From positions 1 to 64,000 of the forward strand of contig JAVJQW010000038.1 of the NCBI GenBank assembly GCA_040218735.1: 64,000 nucleotides of DNA. The letters run 5' to 3'. The translations under genes and the position numbers were made by a program. This document shows positions 38,675 through 48,593 of this stretch, one piece after another; the first letter of the stretch is position 1; each line of letters starts with the position of its first letter. The stretch comes from Deltaproteobacteria bacterium. Lineage in GTDB: Bacteria > Myxococcota > Kuafuiibacteriia > Kuafuiibacteriales > Kuafuiibacteriaceae. The notes beneath the pieces are model-generated. The model had not been told where the DNA came from. It did not search any database and saw only the letters and a program-made list of their open reading frames with translations.

Positions 38675-40831
38675 ATGAAATCCGCAGTCGTGCGCGTCGG
38701 GCCCCAGATCTTTTCGGATCCGTTCCAGGATCCGACCCCCTCCGCGCAGGCGGTCGAGGGCGCCCAGTGGCCGCAGGCGCTGCAGGGGCTGGCCGGGGCG
38801 GTCGAGTCCTGGTCGTTTCCGCCGACGGAGCTGGGGTCGTTCCTCAGCGCGCGCTCGCCCGAGACGGCGCGGCTCGTGCTCACGAACGCCGCCGGAACGC
38901 TCGGCGCGATCGCGAAGCGCATCGAACGGCGCGGCGTCGACAAGTCGACCACCTCGGCGCTGCTGCAGGCGGCGAAGACCGTGGACCAGGCCTTGGCGCC
39001 GGCGACCCTCGGGCACGCGACGGACATCGAAGCCCACATGTTGGAGGCCGCGCTCCGCACGCTGTCCGACGCCCTCGCGCCGCACGCGGAGAAGAACCAG
39101 CACACCGAGGCGCTCGCCGAGCAGCTCCACCTCGCGCTCGCGCGTCCGTCGAACGACGACGTCGCCGAAGAGCTCGTGCTCGAGCCGCACGACGGCGGTC
39201 TGTTCCTCGCGGAGCCGGAGTCGGACCGTGCGCCGCTCCGCATTCTGCACGAGGGGGCGATCGACGACGACGTCATGGCGCAGCTGATCGCGCTCGCCGG
39301 TGAGCGGCCCCTTCAGCTCGCGGACCTCGAAGGAGAGTCGGCCGCGCATCTGTGGCGCGGACCGAAGGGGGAGGTGCGCTGCGACGACGTCGCGCTCGTC
39401 GCGAAGCACCCGCAGGCCCTCGAGCTGGCGACGGTCGGTTCGGTCGACGCGCTCGACGACCTGCTCACGGCGACGGATGCCCACGGGCTTTCGCGTGTGC
39501 ACCTGCACCTCGACACGGACGAGGCGCTGCCGGCGTTCGGCGCGGCGCTCGTCGCGCTCGAGGCGGTCTCGAACCGCGAGCCGAACCACACCGTCACGGT
39601 GCGGGACGCGTCCGACAACCTGGTCTTCACCGCCAAGCCGACGCCACAGGGCTGGTCGATCCAGCTGCCGGCCGTTCCGAAGGTTCAGGCGGCGGAGGTC
39701 GACGGTGTCATCGGGCGCGCGCTCGACCAGGCGAACGTCGCGGAGCTCACGTTCGACGGCGTGGGTTTCTCGCGCACGGCGAGTGGAGAGGTCCAGCCGC
39801 AGGTGCCGCGCGGGAAGGAGCTCCGCCAGGTCTTCCGCTCCGTCGCGCCGATCCTCGCGCACCAGACGGCGAGCGCGCTGGGCCTGGGCGAAGGCAAGCA
39901 GGGGCGCGCCGTGCTGCGGCCTTTCTTCCGCGACGCGGTCGATCACCTCAACAACACCAAGGACGAAGAGGCCGTCCTGATGCGCGACGCGAGCGCTTGG
40001 GTGTCGGCGATCAAGGAGATGGCGGCCTACGCTGCGTCGTCGCCCGCGCGTAAGGACAAGCTCCTGTCGGTGTTCACGAAGATCGTGCGCCGCTCCGAGT
40101 CCCCGGCGAACGACGGCTTCGGCAACGCGCTGTTCCGCGGCCACGCACGTGCGCGGAACGCGTTCGACCTCGTGCGCGGGGTGACGGCGTCCATCGACGA
40201 AAAAGAGACGGACACTTTCCTCGCGAAGGCGGAGGCCCTGTTCGATCTGAACGTGCGTGGCGCGGTCGTCGGACTCGCGCGCGACGCGGTGCTCTCCGAG
40301 GATCGCAAGCGGCGCAACTCGGCGCGCACCGAGGAGCGTTGCCTCCGTGCCCTCGCAGGGCAGGCGGACGCGGTGCGGACCGCCACGGACAAGGTCATGG
40401 TCGCCGTCTTGCCGACCGACCGAACGCACGGCCGGTCGAAGACACCCACGCCGGACTTCTTCGTGCGTCGCAGCGGCAAGTCGTCGAACGCGGAGGTCGC
40501 GGTCGACGCCAAGGCGCGCGCCGCGATCGGCATCCTCGAACGCGGCGACACCGGCGTCTCCGAAGCCGCGAACCAGGTGTTCGGCCACCGCTTCGGCGAG
40601 ATGCCGGCGGACGAGGGCCTCATCATGCTCGACGTGTACGGGGGCTCCCATAGGGATCGGAGCGAGGTCCTCGCCCGCATTCAAAGCGATCTCGACGCCG
40701 AGTCGGGTTCACTCTGGGTGCAAGTCAGCTTGCGCCCCGAGGACGGCCCCAGCGAGGTCGTCACGCTTCGGCAGACCGGGCAGGCCCAGGCCGAGCTCCC
40801 CACCGCTCTGCGCCCTGGCGCCGTCCTCTAA
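38675..40831 (+). CDS. hypothetical protein with a possible C-terminal PD-(D/E)xK nuclease-like domain
   Basis: Long ORF with host-like codon usage; EERC...TPTPDFFV...AVDAK near the C-terminus. Start uncertain. Confidence 0.6.
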   Translation: MKSAVVRVGPQIFSDPFQDPTPSAQAVEGAQWPQALQGLAGAVESWSFPPTELGSFLSARSPETARLVLTNAAGTLGAIAKRIERRGVDKSTTSALLQAAKTVDQALAPATLGHATDIEAHMLEAALRTLSDALAPHAEKNQHTEALAEQLHLALARPSNDDVAEELVLEPHDGGLFLAEPESDRAPLRILHEGAIDDDVMAQLIALAGERPLQLADLEGESAAHLWRGPKGEVRCDDVALVAKHPQALELATVGSVDALDDLLTATDAHGLSRVHLHLDTDEALPAFGAALVALEAVSNREPNHTVTVRDASDNLVFTAKPTPQGWSIQLPAVPKVQAAEVDGVIGRALDQANVAELTFDGVGFSRTASGEVQPQVPRGKELRQVFRSVAPILAHQTASALGLGEGKQGRAVLRPFFRDAVDHLNNTKDEEAVLMRDASAWVSAIKEMAAYAASSPARKDKLLSVFTKIVRRSESPANDGFGNALFRGHARARNAFDLVRGVTASIDEKETDTFLAKAEALFDLNVRGAVVGLARDAVLSEDRKRRNSARTEERCLRALAGQADAVRTATDKVMVAVLPTDRTHGRSKTPTPDFFVRRSGKSSNAEVAVDAKARAAIGILERGDTGVSEAANQVFGHRFGEMPADEGLIMLDVYGGSHRDRSEVLARIQSDLDAESGSLWVQVSLRPEDGPSEVVTLRQTGQAQAELPTALRPGAVL

Positions 40832-42033
40832 TCCACTGAAAAGATCGCGTCGCCGGGCATCGCGGCGATCTCTGCGGCCGCGGCCTGCGCCTCGGAGCGC
40901 GGCCGGTCGAGGAAGCGCTTCACGAACGCGTCCGTGAGTCGGTACTTCAAGCGCCGCTTCGACTTACGGTCGACGATCTCCGTGTACACGTCCTTCGCCG
41001 TGCTGCGCGTGAGGTTCATCTTGCCCGGGCTCGCCCCCGTCGCCGCTTGGACGCCGTCCACGACGCACGACCACTGCACCGTGTCGGGCGAGTGATGCCG
41101 GACCTCGAGCTTGGTGGTGCCGCGTGAGTGTCCCAGGCGAGCGAGCGCGTCGAGCCCGATCCGATACCCCGCCATCGCGAACGGTCCGGGGCCACCGTGG
41201 ACGACGGTGACGCGGTCGACAGCTTCGGCGAACGACCGCGTTTCGGGGATGCGGAACGTGAGCGTGGTCCAGGCCGAGTCCCACTCGTAGGTCTTCTTCT
41301 TCGGGCGCGTGAGGTGGGTGAGCCGCAGCGTGTAGAGCCCCGGCCCCAGCACGGCGAAGGCGGCCTCCCCCTCGGCGTTGGTGCGTGCGGTCGCGCTCGG
41401 CTCGGGGCCATCGCGCGCGGTGTCGAACCCGACCCGTGCGTTCGCCAGCGGCTTGTCGTCGAGGAGGACGCGAAAGCGGAGCACGTCGTGTTCACCCAGG
41501 CTGAAGGGATCGACCAGCGGGACGATGCGTAGTCGCTGCTTCACGGTCGGGACGGCGGACGGCGTGTCGCCGACCTCGACGAGCAGCTGCACCGACTTCG
41601 CGTACCGCTCGACGGCGTTGCGGTCGAGCTCGCCCGCTTCGTGTCGGGCGACGAACCACTGCGGCATCCCGTCGGCGACGAGGTAATGATTGAAGTCGTC
41701 GGCCGACAGCTCGATCGACTTCGGCGCGGTGTCGACCGCGACGACGTGAACGCCGGCCCGCCGCGGGACGAAGCGGAGGATGCCGGCGTCGCCGCGGGGC
41801 GGTTTGCGCTCCACGTCCACGGTCTTGCCGTCCGGCCCCACCACGACGACGCGCGCGAAGCGCTCCACCTTCGGCGCGGGGCTGTCCCCCGGGAAGTCCA
41901 TCCCCTGCGTCACGCGGATCTCGACCGGCGCCCCGACCTTCGCGGGGGCGTCCGGCGGGAGGAGCCAGAGGTCGTGGGCCGCGGCGAGGCGGGGAGCGAG
42001 GAGCACGAGCGCGAGGACGACGATGCGCAACAC
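40828..42033 (-). CDS. DUF4198 domain protein fused to an FmdE-like domain
   Basis: Signal peptide followed by AHDLWL, FNHYL, LRIVPLVDP; C-terminal HGGPGPFAMAGYR...CVVDGVQAATGASPGK. Confidence 0.8.
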   Translation of the reverse strand: MLRIVVLALVLLAPRLAAAHDLWLLPPDAPAKVGAPVEIRVTQGMDFPGDSPAPKVERFARVVVVGPDGKTVDVERKPPRGDAGILRFVPRRAGVHVVAVDTAPKSIELSADDFNHYLVADGMPQWFVARHEAGELDRNAVERYAKSVQLLVEVGDTPSAVPTVKQRLRIVPLVDPFSLGEHDVLRFRVLLDDKPLANARVGFDTARDGPEPSATARTNAEGEAAFAVLGPGLYTLRLTHLTRPKKKTYEWDSAWTTLTFRIPETRSFAEAVDRVTVVHGGPGPFAMAGYRIGLDALARLGHSRGTTKLEVRHHSPDTVQWSCVVDGVQAATGASPGKMNLTRSTAKDVYTEIVDRKSKRRLKYRLTDAFVKRFLDRPRSEAQAAAAEIAAMPGDAIFSVD

Positions 42034-42068
42034 GCCGCGAGCCTATGTCACGCGGTCGATGGTGCGTT

Positions 42069-42137
42069 CGGATTTCGAACAATTTGTTCGGACGAATCCG
42101 CCGCGCGCCGTCGCGTTCGCGTGGCACGTCCGCTGCA
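42069..42137 (+). promoter_or_regulatory. inverted repeat plus sigma54-like promoter
   Basis: CGAACA-ATT-TGTTCG palindrome flanked by CGGATT/AATCCG; TGGCACG-N4-CTGCA at 42122-42137. Confidence 0.5.
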
Positions 42138-42153
42138 AACCTCCTCGGCCGTG

Positions 42154-42603
42154 ATGTTGCGGCGCCTGAAGCCCTTTCCGAAGTGGGACCTGATCGATCC
42201 ATCCGGCGCGCCGGTCGCGCTCGTGGAGTACTTCGACCTGAGTGCGTATCTCCACGAGCGCGGTTGGGTAAGGCGCCGATCGCTGACGCCCGGAAAGACG
42301 TGTGTCTTCGACGCGCGCCTCTGCCGCTGGGTCGACGCGCGCGGCGATGCGCCGGACGTTCGTTTGGTGCACACCGAGGAGGCGCTGGCGCAGCTCGCGG
42401 CGGCGCCCCCGCCGGACGGGACGGTGATCGTCTACCGTCCGCGGTACCGCGCGATGCGGAGCTACCTGGCGTCGGGCGGCTTCACGGCGGCGGGGGCGCG
42501 ACTGGTTCGGATCTATCGCGCCTGGTCGGTGGTGCTCCCACCTGGTGCGTACGGCCAGGTGTGCCTGGTGGCGTGGTCGGTGGGTTGTCATTTGCGCAAG
42601 TGA
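42154..42603 (+). CDS. hypothetical protein
   Basis: Fills the intergenic gap downstream of the sigma54-like motif; no recognisable domain. Confidence 0.45.
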   Translation: MLRRLKPFPKWDLIDPSGAPVALVEYFDLSAYLHERGWVRRRSLTPGKTCVFDARLCRWVDARGDAPDVRLVHTEEALAQLAAAPPPDGTVIVYRPRYRAMRSYLASGGFTAAGARLVRIYRAWSVVLPPGAYGQVCLVAWSVGCHLRK

Positions 42604-42711
42604 GGGCGGCGCCTCGGTTCGGCAGATCTGCGACTCGCGGTGGCAGCTTCGGCGGCGTTCCGCGATGCGGTGCGTGGAGCCTTGGTTCGGGGTTTGCTAG
42701 TACCCCCTGCG

Positions 42712-44172
42712 ATGAAGAATACCGCCCTGGTCTCCGTTCTCTTGCTGTCCACCGCCTGTGTCCTGAACCCGCGCAACGGGACGGAGCTGTCGAGCCCGTC
42801 GTCGACCGTCAGCGTGAGCGGCTACACGATCGTCCCCAACGACACGATCAGCATCCGCGTGAGCGCGTCTTCGGGGGGGACGTACACGGAGATCACGACG
42901 ACGGTCTCCTCGGGATCGCCGATCACCCTCTCCGACGGTCAGTCCTACTACGCGTACTCCGCGTCGTTCGTCGTCCCGAGCGATTACTGGACCGGTGACG
43001 CCTGCAACGGCGCGGAGACGTTCGTGCGCGTGCACTCGACCGGGTCGGGTTACACACTCCGCACGTTCGACGATCTCGGCGCGGACGGTCAGTCGGTGCC
43101 GGACTGCTTCGTCGACGCGTTCGACGCGACCGGTAGCTCGATCGCCGCGATCCTCTCCTGCGATTCGCCCTCCGCTCCGACGCTCCACCTCACGTCGGCC
43201 GGCGCTGGGACACCGTTCGCGCACGTCGGCGACGTGACGATCGCCAACGCCGCCGACATCACGGCGTGGACGTGCCTCGAGACCCTCGACGGCAACCTCA
43301 CCGTCCCCGACTCGGCGCTGACCGAGGTGGTCCTGCCGGTGCTGAGCTCGGTGACGGGCGACGTCTCGATCACGTACCCGCGACCGGGGCTCGGCTACTA
43401 CGAAAACACCCGCGCGACCGAGCTCCCCGCGCTCACCACGATCGGCGGGACGCTCGCGATCGATTCACCCGCGCCCATCGCGAGCCAGGTCGTCACGATG
43501 AACGCGGGCCTGGGTGCGCTGACCTCCGTGGGGGACGACGTGGTCGTCGACATCGACACCTTCAACGTCTCGATGTCGGGGCTCAACGCGCTGACGACCG
43601 TGTCCGGCGACGTCGAGGTGATCACCGGGAACGGCGACACCGCGATGTACTCGTTCCTCGGCGCGGTGACGTCGATCGGCGGCAGCCTCTACGTCGACAT
43701 CGGCCACTCCTCCTACGGCGTCTTCAACAACCTGCTCACGGTCGGCGGCGACTTCGCGCACGTCGACGGCAACATCTTCCCGCCCACGATGGGGCCGGCG
43801 GGTTACGCCCAGCTCGTGACGGTCGGCGGTGACTTCACGTTTGCCAACACCGACGTCAACGGACCGGGCGTCGACACCATGTTCCCGGATCTCAGCTCGG
43901 TCGGCGGCACGCTCACCTACGACAGCATCGGTCCGGGTTCGCGCGACGCGCTCTACCTCGGCGACACGATCTTGGAGGTCGAGGGCATCACCGTGACGGA
44001 CAACTTCGCGCTCGACGCGATGGGCGGAAGCAACATCGTCGTGCTCAACGACGGGCCGATCACGGTGACCGACAACGCCAACCTCTGCACGTCGACCGTG
44101 AACGCGTTCGTCGCGGCCCAGACGGGTTGGGGCGGCGTGCTCACCGCCTCGGGCAACGACGACGGCTGCTGA
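42712..44172 (+). CDS. lipoprotein with receptor L-domain-like beta-solenoid repeats
   Basis: STAC lipobox, repeated LxxLTxVGGDLxI units and DNANLC. Confidence 0.75.
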   Translation: MKNTALVSVLLLSTACVLNPRNGTELSSPSSTVSVSGYTIVPNDTISIRVSASSGGTYTEITTTVSSGSPITLSDGQSYYAYSASFVVPSDYWTGDACNGAETFVRVHSTGSGYTLRTFDDLGADGQSVPDCFVDAFDATGSSIAAILSCDSPSAPTLHLTSAGAGTPFAHVGDVTIANAADITAWTCLETLDGNLTVPDSALTEVVLPVLSSVTGDVSITYPRPGLGYYENTRATELPALTTIGGTLAIDSPAPIASQVVTMNAGLGALTSVGDDVVVDIDTFNVSMSGLNALTTVSGDVEVITGNGDTAMYSFLGAVTSIGGSLYVDIGHSSYGVFNNLLTVGGDFAHVDGNIFPPTMGPAGYAQLVTVGGDFTFANTDVNGPGVDTMFPDLSSVGGTLTYDSIGPGSRDALYLGDTILEVEGITVTDNFALDAMGGSNIVVLNDGPITVTDNANLCTSTVNAFVAAQTGWGGVLTASGNDDGC

Positions 44173-44180
44173 ATCGTAGC

Positions 44181-44219
44181 GGGGATTCGAGGCGGGGCTT
44201 CTCTCGGCCGAGAATCCCC
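44181..44219. terminator. possible hairpin or terminator
   Basis: GGGGATTC...GAATCCCC inverted repeat just after the stop codon; no U-tract. Confidence 0.35.
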
Positions 44220-44266
44220 AGCCTTATCCAGCCGCGTCACTGCGGTGTAGAGACGGACGGTCCGCG

Positions 44267-45184
44267 ATGTTCGAGTCCGTCCTCCAGGCGATCTTGGAAG
44301 TCGTCGCGCCCGTGTTCCTCGTGGCGGCGGTCGGCTTCGTCTATGCGCGCCGACGTACGCTGCCGATCGGTGGCTTCACGGATCTCATCATCTACCTCAC
44401 GGGCGCGTGTCTCGTGTTCGACAAACTCTCGACGGCCGACCGCTTCGACCTGAACGCGGCGCGCGCGCCAATGTCGGCGGCGTTGTTGATCGCCGGTGGG
44501 TTGGTCGTGGGTTGGTCGGCGCGACGGATGTTGCCACCGCTCGCGCGTCTGGGGCGCGGTGCCGTGCTGTTGCCGTCGGCGTTCATGAATGCCGGTAACC
44601 TCGGGCTCCCGCTCGCCGCGCTCGCCTACGGCGACGAGGGCCTCTCGCTCGCGATGCTGTTCTTCGTGACCTTCTCGGCGATGCAATATTCGGTGGGTAT
44701 CGCAATCGTGAAGGGGCGCGGTGGCCTCCGAGAAGTCACTCGGCTCCCGTTGGTGTACGCCGCGGTGCTCGGCGTGGCGTTCAATCAGATGGGTTGGACG
44801 CTCCCGCAGACCTTGTCGGTGCCGGTGCACATGCTCGGCGAGACGGTGATTCCGTTGATGCTGCTGTCGCTCGGTGCGCGCCTGGCGACGCTGATGGGCT
44901 CCGCAGATGAACGTCCGCCGCTTCTCCCGGTGCTCCTGCTCCCGGCCTTGCGGATGGGCGGTGGGTTCTTGATCGCGACGCTCGTGAATCTGCTCCTCGG
45001 CAACGAAGGTACGCTCGCGCGCGTGACGCTCGTCGTCGGGATATTGCCCCCGGCCGTCATGAATTTCGCGCTCGTCGAGAAGTTCGGCGACGACCCGGCG
45101 GCGCCGGCCATCGTGAGCGGGGCGATCGCGGTGGGTACGGTCGCGGCGATGATCGTGTTGCCGGTGGTGCTTGCGTTGCTCTGA
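44267..45184 (+). CDS. AEC (auxin efflux carrier) family transporter
   Basis: About 10 TM helices, NAGNLGLP, PLMLLSLG and PPAV motifs. Confidence 0.9.
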   Translation: MFESVLQAILEVVAPVFLVAAVGFVYARRRTLPIGGFTDLIIYLTGACLVFDKLSTADRFDLNAARAPMSAALLIAGGLVVGWSARRMLPPLARLGRGAVLLPSAFMNAGNLGLPLAALAYGDEGLSLAMLFFVTFSAMQYSVGIAIVKGRGGLREVTRLPLVYAAVLGVAFNQMGWTLPQTLSVPVHMLGETVIPLMLLSLGARLATLMGSADERPPLLPVLLLPALRMGGGFLIATLVNLLLGNEGTLARVTLVVGILPPAVMNFALVEKFGDDPAAPAIVSGAIAVGTVAAMIVLPVVLALL

Positions 45185-45199
45185 GGCGCAGCCGCCGAC

Positions 45200-47395
45200 T
45201 CAGAACGCCGCGCACGCTTCGGCCGTGGAGCGGTAGGTGTCGATCGTCTGCACGGTGCACGTCGCGGCGTCGGTGAACACGACGGTCGCCACGGTCCAAA
45301 AGTCGTTGTTGGTGCAGGCGCCGGTCCCGTTACCGGTGAAGGGGCGTGAGATCACGTCGACCTCCGCGATGGCGCGCCCACAGAAGACTTCGACGTTGGC
45401 GATACGCCCCTGCGCGCGTTCGAAGTGCCCGACCGCGATGGTGTACGGCACACCGATCTCGGGGGCTGCGATTCGAATGTGCTCGGGGCCGTCGCCGCTC
45501 GTGTCGTCGCCGTCCAGGCGTGCGTTCGGGCCGGTCCCTGGCGGCTGCGCGGGGTCCCACTCGGGTTGGAGGTTGTCGAAGTGGCAGTCCGCGGGCCCGA
45601 ACCACGGCGCGCTCGCGCCGCGGTGGACGTGCAGGTCGAGATCCCCGGGCCCGTCCCAGGTGAGTGTGGCGCGGAACCCGGTGCTGCGCGCGTACACTTG
45701 TGTTTCACACGTGTAGCGCTCGCCGGCGGTCGTGGTGACTTCGACCTGCACGACGTAGGTTCCGACGAGGTGCGGGATGAGCTCTGCACTGCCGCCGTTC
45801 GGGCTCAGCGTCGCGGCGATCGATCCGTTGGACATCGGACCGCTGAGGAGTCGCCAGTCATGGCGTTGTGCGCTCTCGCCTTCGGCGAGCGCCGCGTTGA
45901 GCGCGACCGTCGCGCCCAGGTCGACGGTACGATCGGGCGTGCAGCTCAGGCTCTGACCGTCGGGCGTCTTGCCGCGGAGTGGGATCTCGATGGTGTCGGT
46001 CGCGCTCGTCTTGAGGACGAGCGCGCCGGAGTGATTTCCGGGGCGCGTCGGCGCGTACGTGACGGTGTAGGTCGTGACCGTGTTGGGCTCCAACGTGACG
46101 GAGGGGGCGGGCGTACGCTCGAAGTAGAACGTCAGCGGCTCGGTCCCGGACCCCGGGCGAATCTGCGGGTCGAAGACGACGCAGGTCTCGTCGCCGACGT
46201 TGGTCACCGTGGCGACGAGGGTGTGGGTGTCGAAGGGGTCGACGATGCCGAAGTCGAGCACCGAAGGTCGCGCTTCGACGCGGCAGGGCGGGAGGATGAC
46301 GCCGGCCCCCGTGACTCGCACCGTCGCCGTTCGATTCAGTGGATCGTTGGACTCGAAGACGAGCTCGGCGTTGTCGAGCCCGACGTTGGAGGGGGTGTAT
46401 CGGAAGGTCGCGAAGATCTCTCCGCCCGGTTCGACCTTCGTGTCGCCCGGGAGCGTCGCCGAGAACTCCGGGGAGCCGGTGAACCGGGCGTTGGACACTT
46501 CGAGCGCGCGCCGTCCGTTGTTCGTGATGCGGAGCTCTTGTTCGACGACCGCGCCGACGGAGATCGGTCCGAAGTGCACGCCCGTCGGGGAGAGGAACAC
46601 GTTCGGAGCGTCGATGTCGGGGAGCCCTTGGATGACGATGTCGAGCGCGCAGTCGTCGTCGCCGAGGCAGGACGCGACCCGCCACACCGCCTGCTCTTTG
46701 GCCTCACCGGGGCCGTCGGGTGCGGTGTAGTCGATGTCGATGACGCGGCGCTCGTGCGGGCCGAGCGTCATGATGAGGCCGTCCGCGCCGACCTCGGGGA
46801 GGAGGCCGAAGGCCCCGCGGGTGACGGCTTCTTCGTATTGGGCGCGGCCTTGGCTGTGGCGCAGCGCGTAGACGTCGATCGGTGACGAGCGGAGGTTGCG
46901 GAGCGCGACGGTCCCCGTCTGGGTCTCGAGGTAGAGGACCGGCCCGATCGTGAGTGGGTTGGGTTCCGCTATGAGGCCGGAGCGCGACACCCGCGCCTGC
47001 AGCTCGACGACGGGGAGGCGAGGGTCGTCGGCTGCGAACCCGTCGACCGAGAAGGTGAGGGGGAGCGCGATCGCATCGGGTGCGCTCGGCTGCGCGACGG
47101 CGAGCACGAAGACTTCGGCAGATTCACCCGGCGGCACGACGGTGGGGACGACGCGGCTCTCGAGCGCGAGGTCGTTGGTCATCTCCCGGAGCGCCACACC
47201 CTGAATCTCGACGGTGGCTTCGCCGACGTTCTCGATGATCAGGCTGGCCTCCGCCGGCTCACCCGGCGTGATCCAGCCGAGGTCGAGGACCTCGGGGGCC
47301 ATCAGGAGGAAGACGGGCGCCTCCAGCTCCTCCGTGGGCGCGACACATCCGCTCGCGACGAACATCGCGAGGACGAACATGGGCCCACGGTTCAT
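45200..47395 (-). CDS. lipoprotein with tandem Ig-like (choice-of-anchor D/ASH-type) domains and a YfaP-like C-terminus
   Basis: ASGC lipobox, repeated xxFG...ITNxG units and LTWDGPGDLDLHV...DDTSGDGPEHI. Confidence 0.78.
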   Translation of the reverse strand: MNRGPMFVLAMFVASGCVAPTEELEAPVFLLMAPEVLDLGWITPGEPAEASLIIENVGEATVEIQGVALREMTNDLALESRVVPTVVPPGESAEVFVLAVAQPSAPDAIALPLTFSVDGFAADDPRLPVVELQARVSRSGLIAEPNPLTIGPVLYLETQTGTVALRNLRSSPIDVYALRHSQGRAQYEEAVTRGAFGLLPEVGADGLIMTLGPHERRVIDIDYTAPDGPGEAKEQAVWRVASCLGDDDCALDIVIQGLPDIDAPNVFLSPTGVHFGPISVGAVVEQELRITNNGRRALEVSNARFTGSPEFSATLPGDTKVEPGGEIFATFRYTPSNVGLDNAELVFESNDPLNRTATVRVTGAGVILPPCRVEARPSVLDFGIVDPFDTHTLVATVTNVGDETCVVFDPQIRPGSGTEPLTFYFERTPAPSVTLEPNTVTTYTVTYAPTRPGNHSGALVLKTSATDTIEIPLRGKTPDGQSLSCTPDRTVDLGATVALNAALAEGESAQRHDWRLLSGPMSNGSIAATLSPNGGSAELIPHLVGTYVVQVEVTTTAGERYTCETQVYARSTGFRATLTWDGPGDLDLHVHRGASAPWFGPADCHFDNLQPEWDPAQPPGTGPNARLDGDDTSGDGPEHIRIAAPEIGVPYTIAVGHFERAQGRIANVEVFCGRAIAEVDVISRPFTGNGTGACTNNDFWTVATVVFTDAATCTVQTIDTYRSTAEACAAF

Positions 47396-47438
47396 GGCGG
47401 TTGAGTGGCCGGGCGACGTGAAAACCGTCACGTTTTCC

Positions 47439-48593
47439 TCAGGATCCGGCCGATCGTTTCACGGCGTCGAGGCCCCAGGCGATGGTCTCGGTGAACTGCC
47501 GGAACGCATCGTCGTCGTGCAGGGCGTCGAGCGGGAAGGTGGGGCGCCGCGTGATCGAGTCCGGCGGGAGGTCGACGCCAGGGATGGCGTTGAGGCGGTC
47601 GAGGAGCTCGCGCCGCTTCTCGGGGGCGTCGAACGGCGGTTTGCCTTGGAGCCACTGGAAGTAGACCTCGACGGTCCCGTAGGTCCACACGGCGAAGAAG
47701 TGGACGTTGAGCCCTCCGCGCGCACGTCCGCCGCCGAGCTCGAGCATGGAGACGAACGAGCCGTGGTCGCGGCCGCGGCCGAACCAAACCTCGGTGACAC
47801 GCGGGCGGATCCACTCGAGGATTCGTCGCGCGACGGTGACCGCGGTCGGGCCGGCGTTTTGGGCGAGGGCTTCGAAGAAGCGTTCTTCGGTCCACTGTTC
47901 GGCGCGCACGGTGCTCGCCTGTTTACGCTCCGCGGCAGCGGTGCGGCCCACGACCTTGGGCACGAGTGACTTGAGGTGGTCGCCGACGAACTGCCGGACT
48001 TCGACGGCGAGGACCTCGGCGGGGTCCATTTGTTCGTTGAGGAACTCGATCACCCGCCGAAGCTCCGCCGGGATTCGGTCGGCGACGAACACCATGCGGA
48101 TGCGTCCCGCCTGGAGGTTGGTCTTCACGTTGCGCCAGAAGGTCTCGACGTCCGGGTCCGCGTTGGTGTCTCTGATCAGCTCGACGATCTGCTGGTCGGC
48201 GTCCTCGTTGTTTGCGATGAAGCTCGCGCGCAGCGTCTCGACCGGCCAGTGCACGACGGCGTTTGCCGCGTAGTCGAGCATCTGCCCCACGACCTCCCGC
48301 CGAATGCGCGTGTCACCGCTCCGTTTGACTTCGACGAGTGTGGGCACGGCGTCTTGATCCAGGAACAGGTGATCGAGAGACCACCGCGAGCCGCCCCCCT
48401 CGGCGTCGGGTACCCCCATCTCGCGGGAGACGAGCAGCCAGCGCCTCGGCTCGGCCTCGTTCATCTGATCGCCGGCGAGGAGATCGGGGTACCGCTCCAG
48501 GAGGCGCTGCAGGAGGTCCTCGGAGTCGTAGGCGACCTCGTCCATCGCTTGGAGCGAGCCGTCGTCCTGTAGGAGGTAGATGCGTTCCGCCAC
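47439..48593 (-). CDS. PD-(D/E)xK nuclease family protein (NucS/RecB-like)
   Basis: EDLLQ, LDHLFLD, LVEVKR and GQMLDYAA. Confidence 0.75.
   Translation of the reverse strand: MAERIYLLQDDGSLQAMDEVAYDSEDLLQRLLERYPDLLAGDQMNEAEPRRWLLVSREMGVPDAEGGGSRWSLDHLFLDQDAVPTLVEVKRSGDTRIRREVVGQMLDYAANAVVHWPVETLRASFIANNEDADQQIVELIRDTNADPDVETFWRNVKTNLQAGRIRMVFVADRIPAELRRVIEFLNEQMDPAEVLAVEVRQFVGDHLKSLVPKVVGRTAAAERKQASTVRAEQWTEERFFEALAQNAGPTAVTVARRILEWIRPRVTEVWFGRGRDHGSFVSMLELGGGRARGGLNVHFFAVWTYGTVEVYFQWLQGKPPFDAPEKRRELLDRLNAIPGVDLPPDSITRRPTFPLDALHDDDAFRQFTETIAWGLDAVKRSAGS

Noticed and set aside
42076-42090. CGAAC-AATTT-GTTCG as a LexA (Cheo) box
   Set aside because: The spacer is 5 nt rather than 4, and no SOS genes are adjacent. 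Kept only as a generic palindrome.
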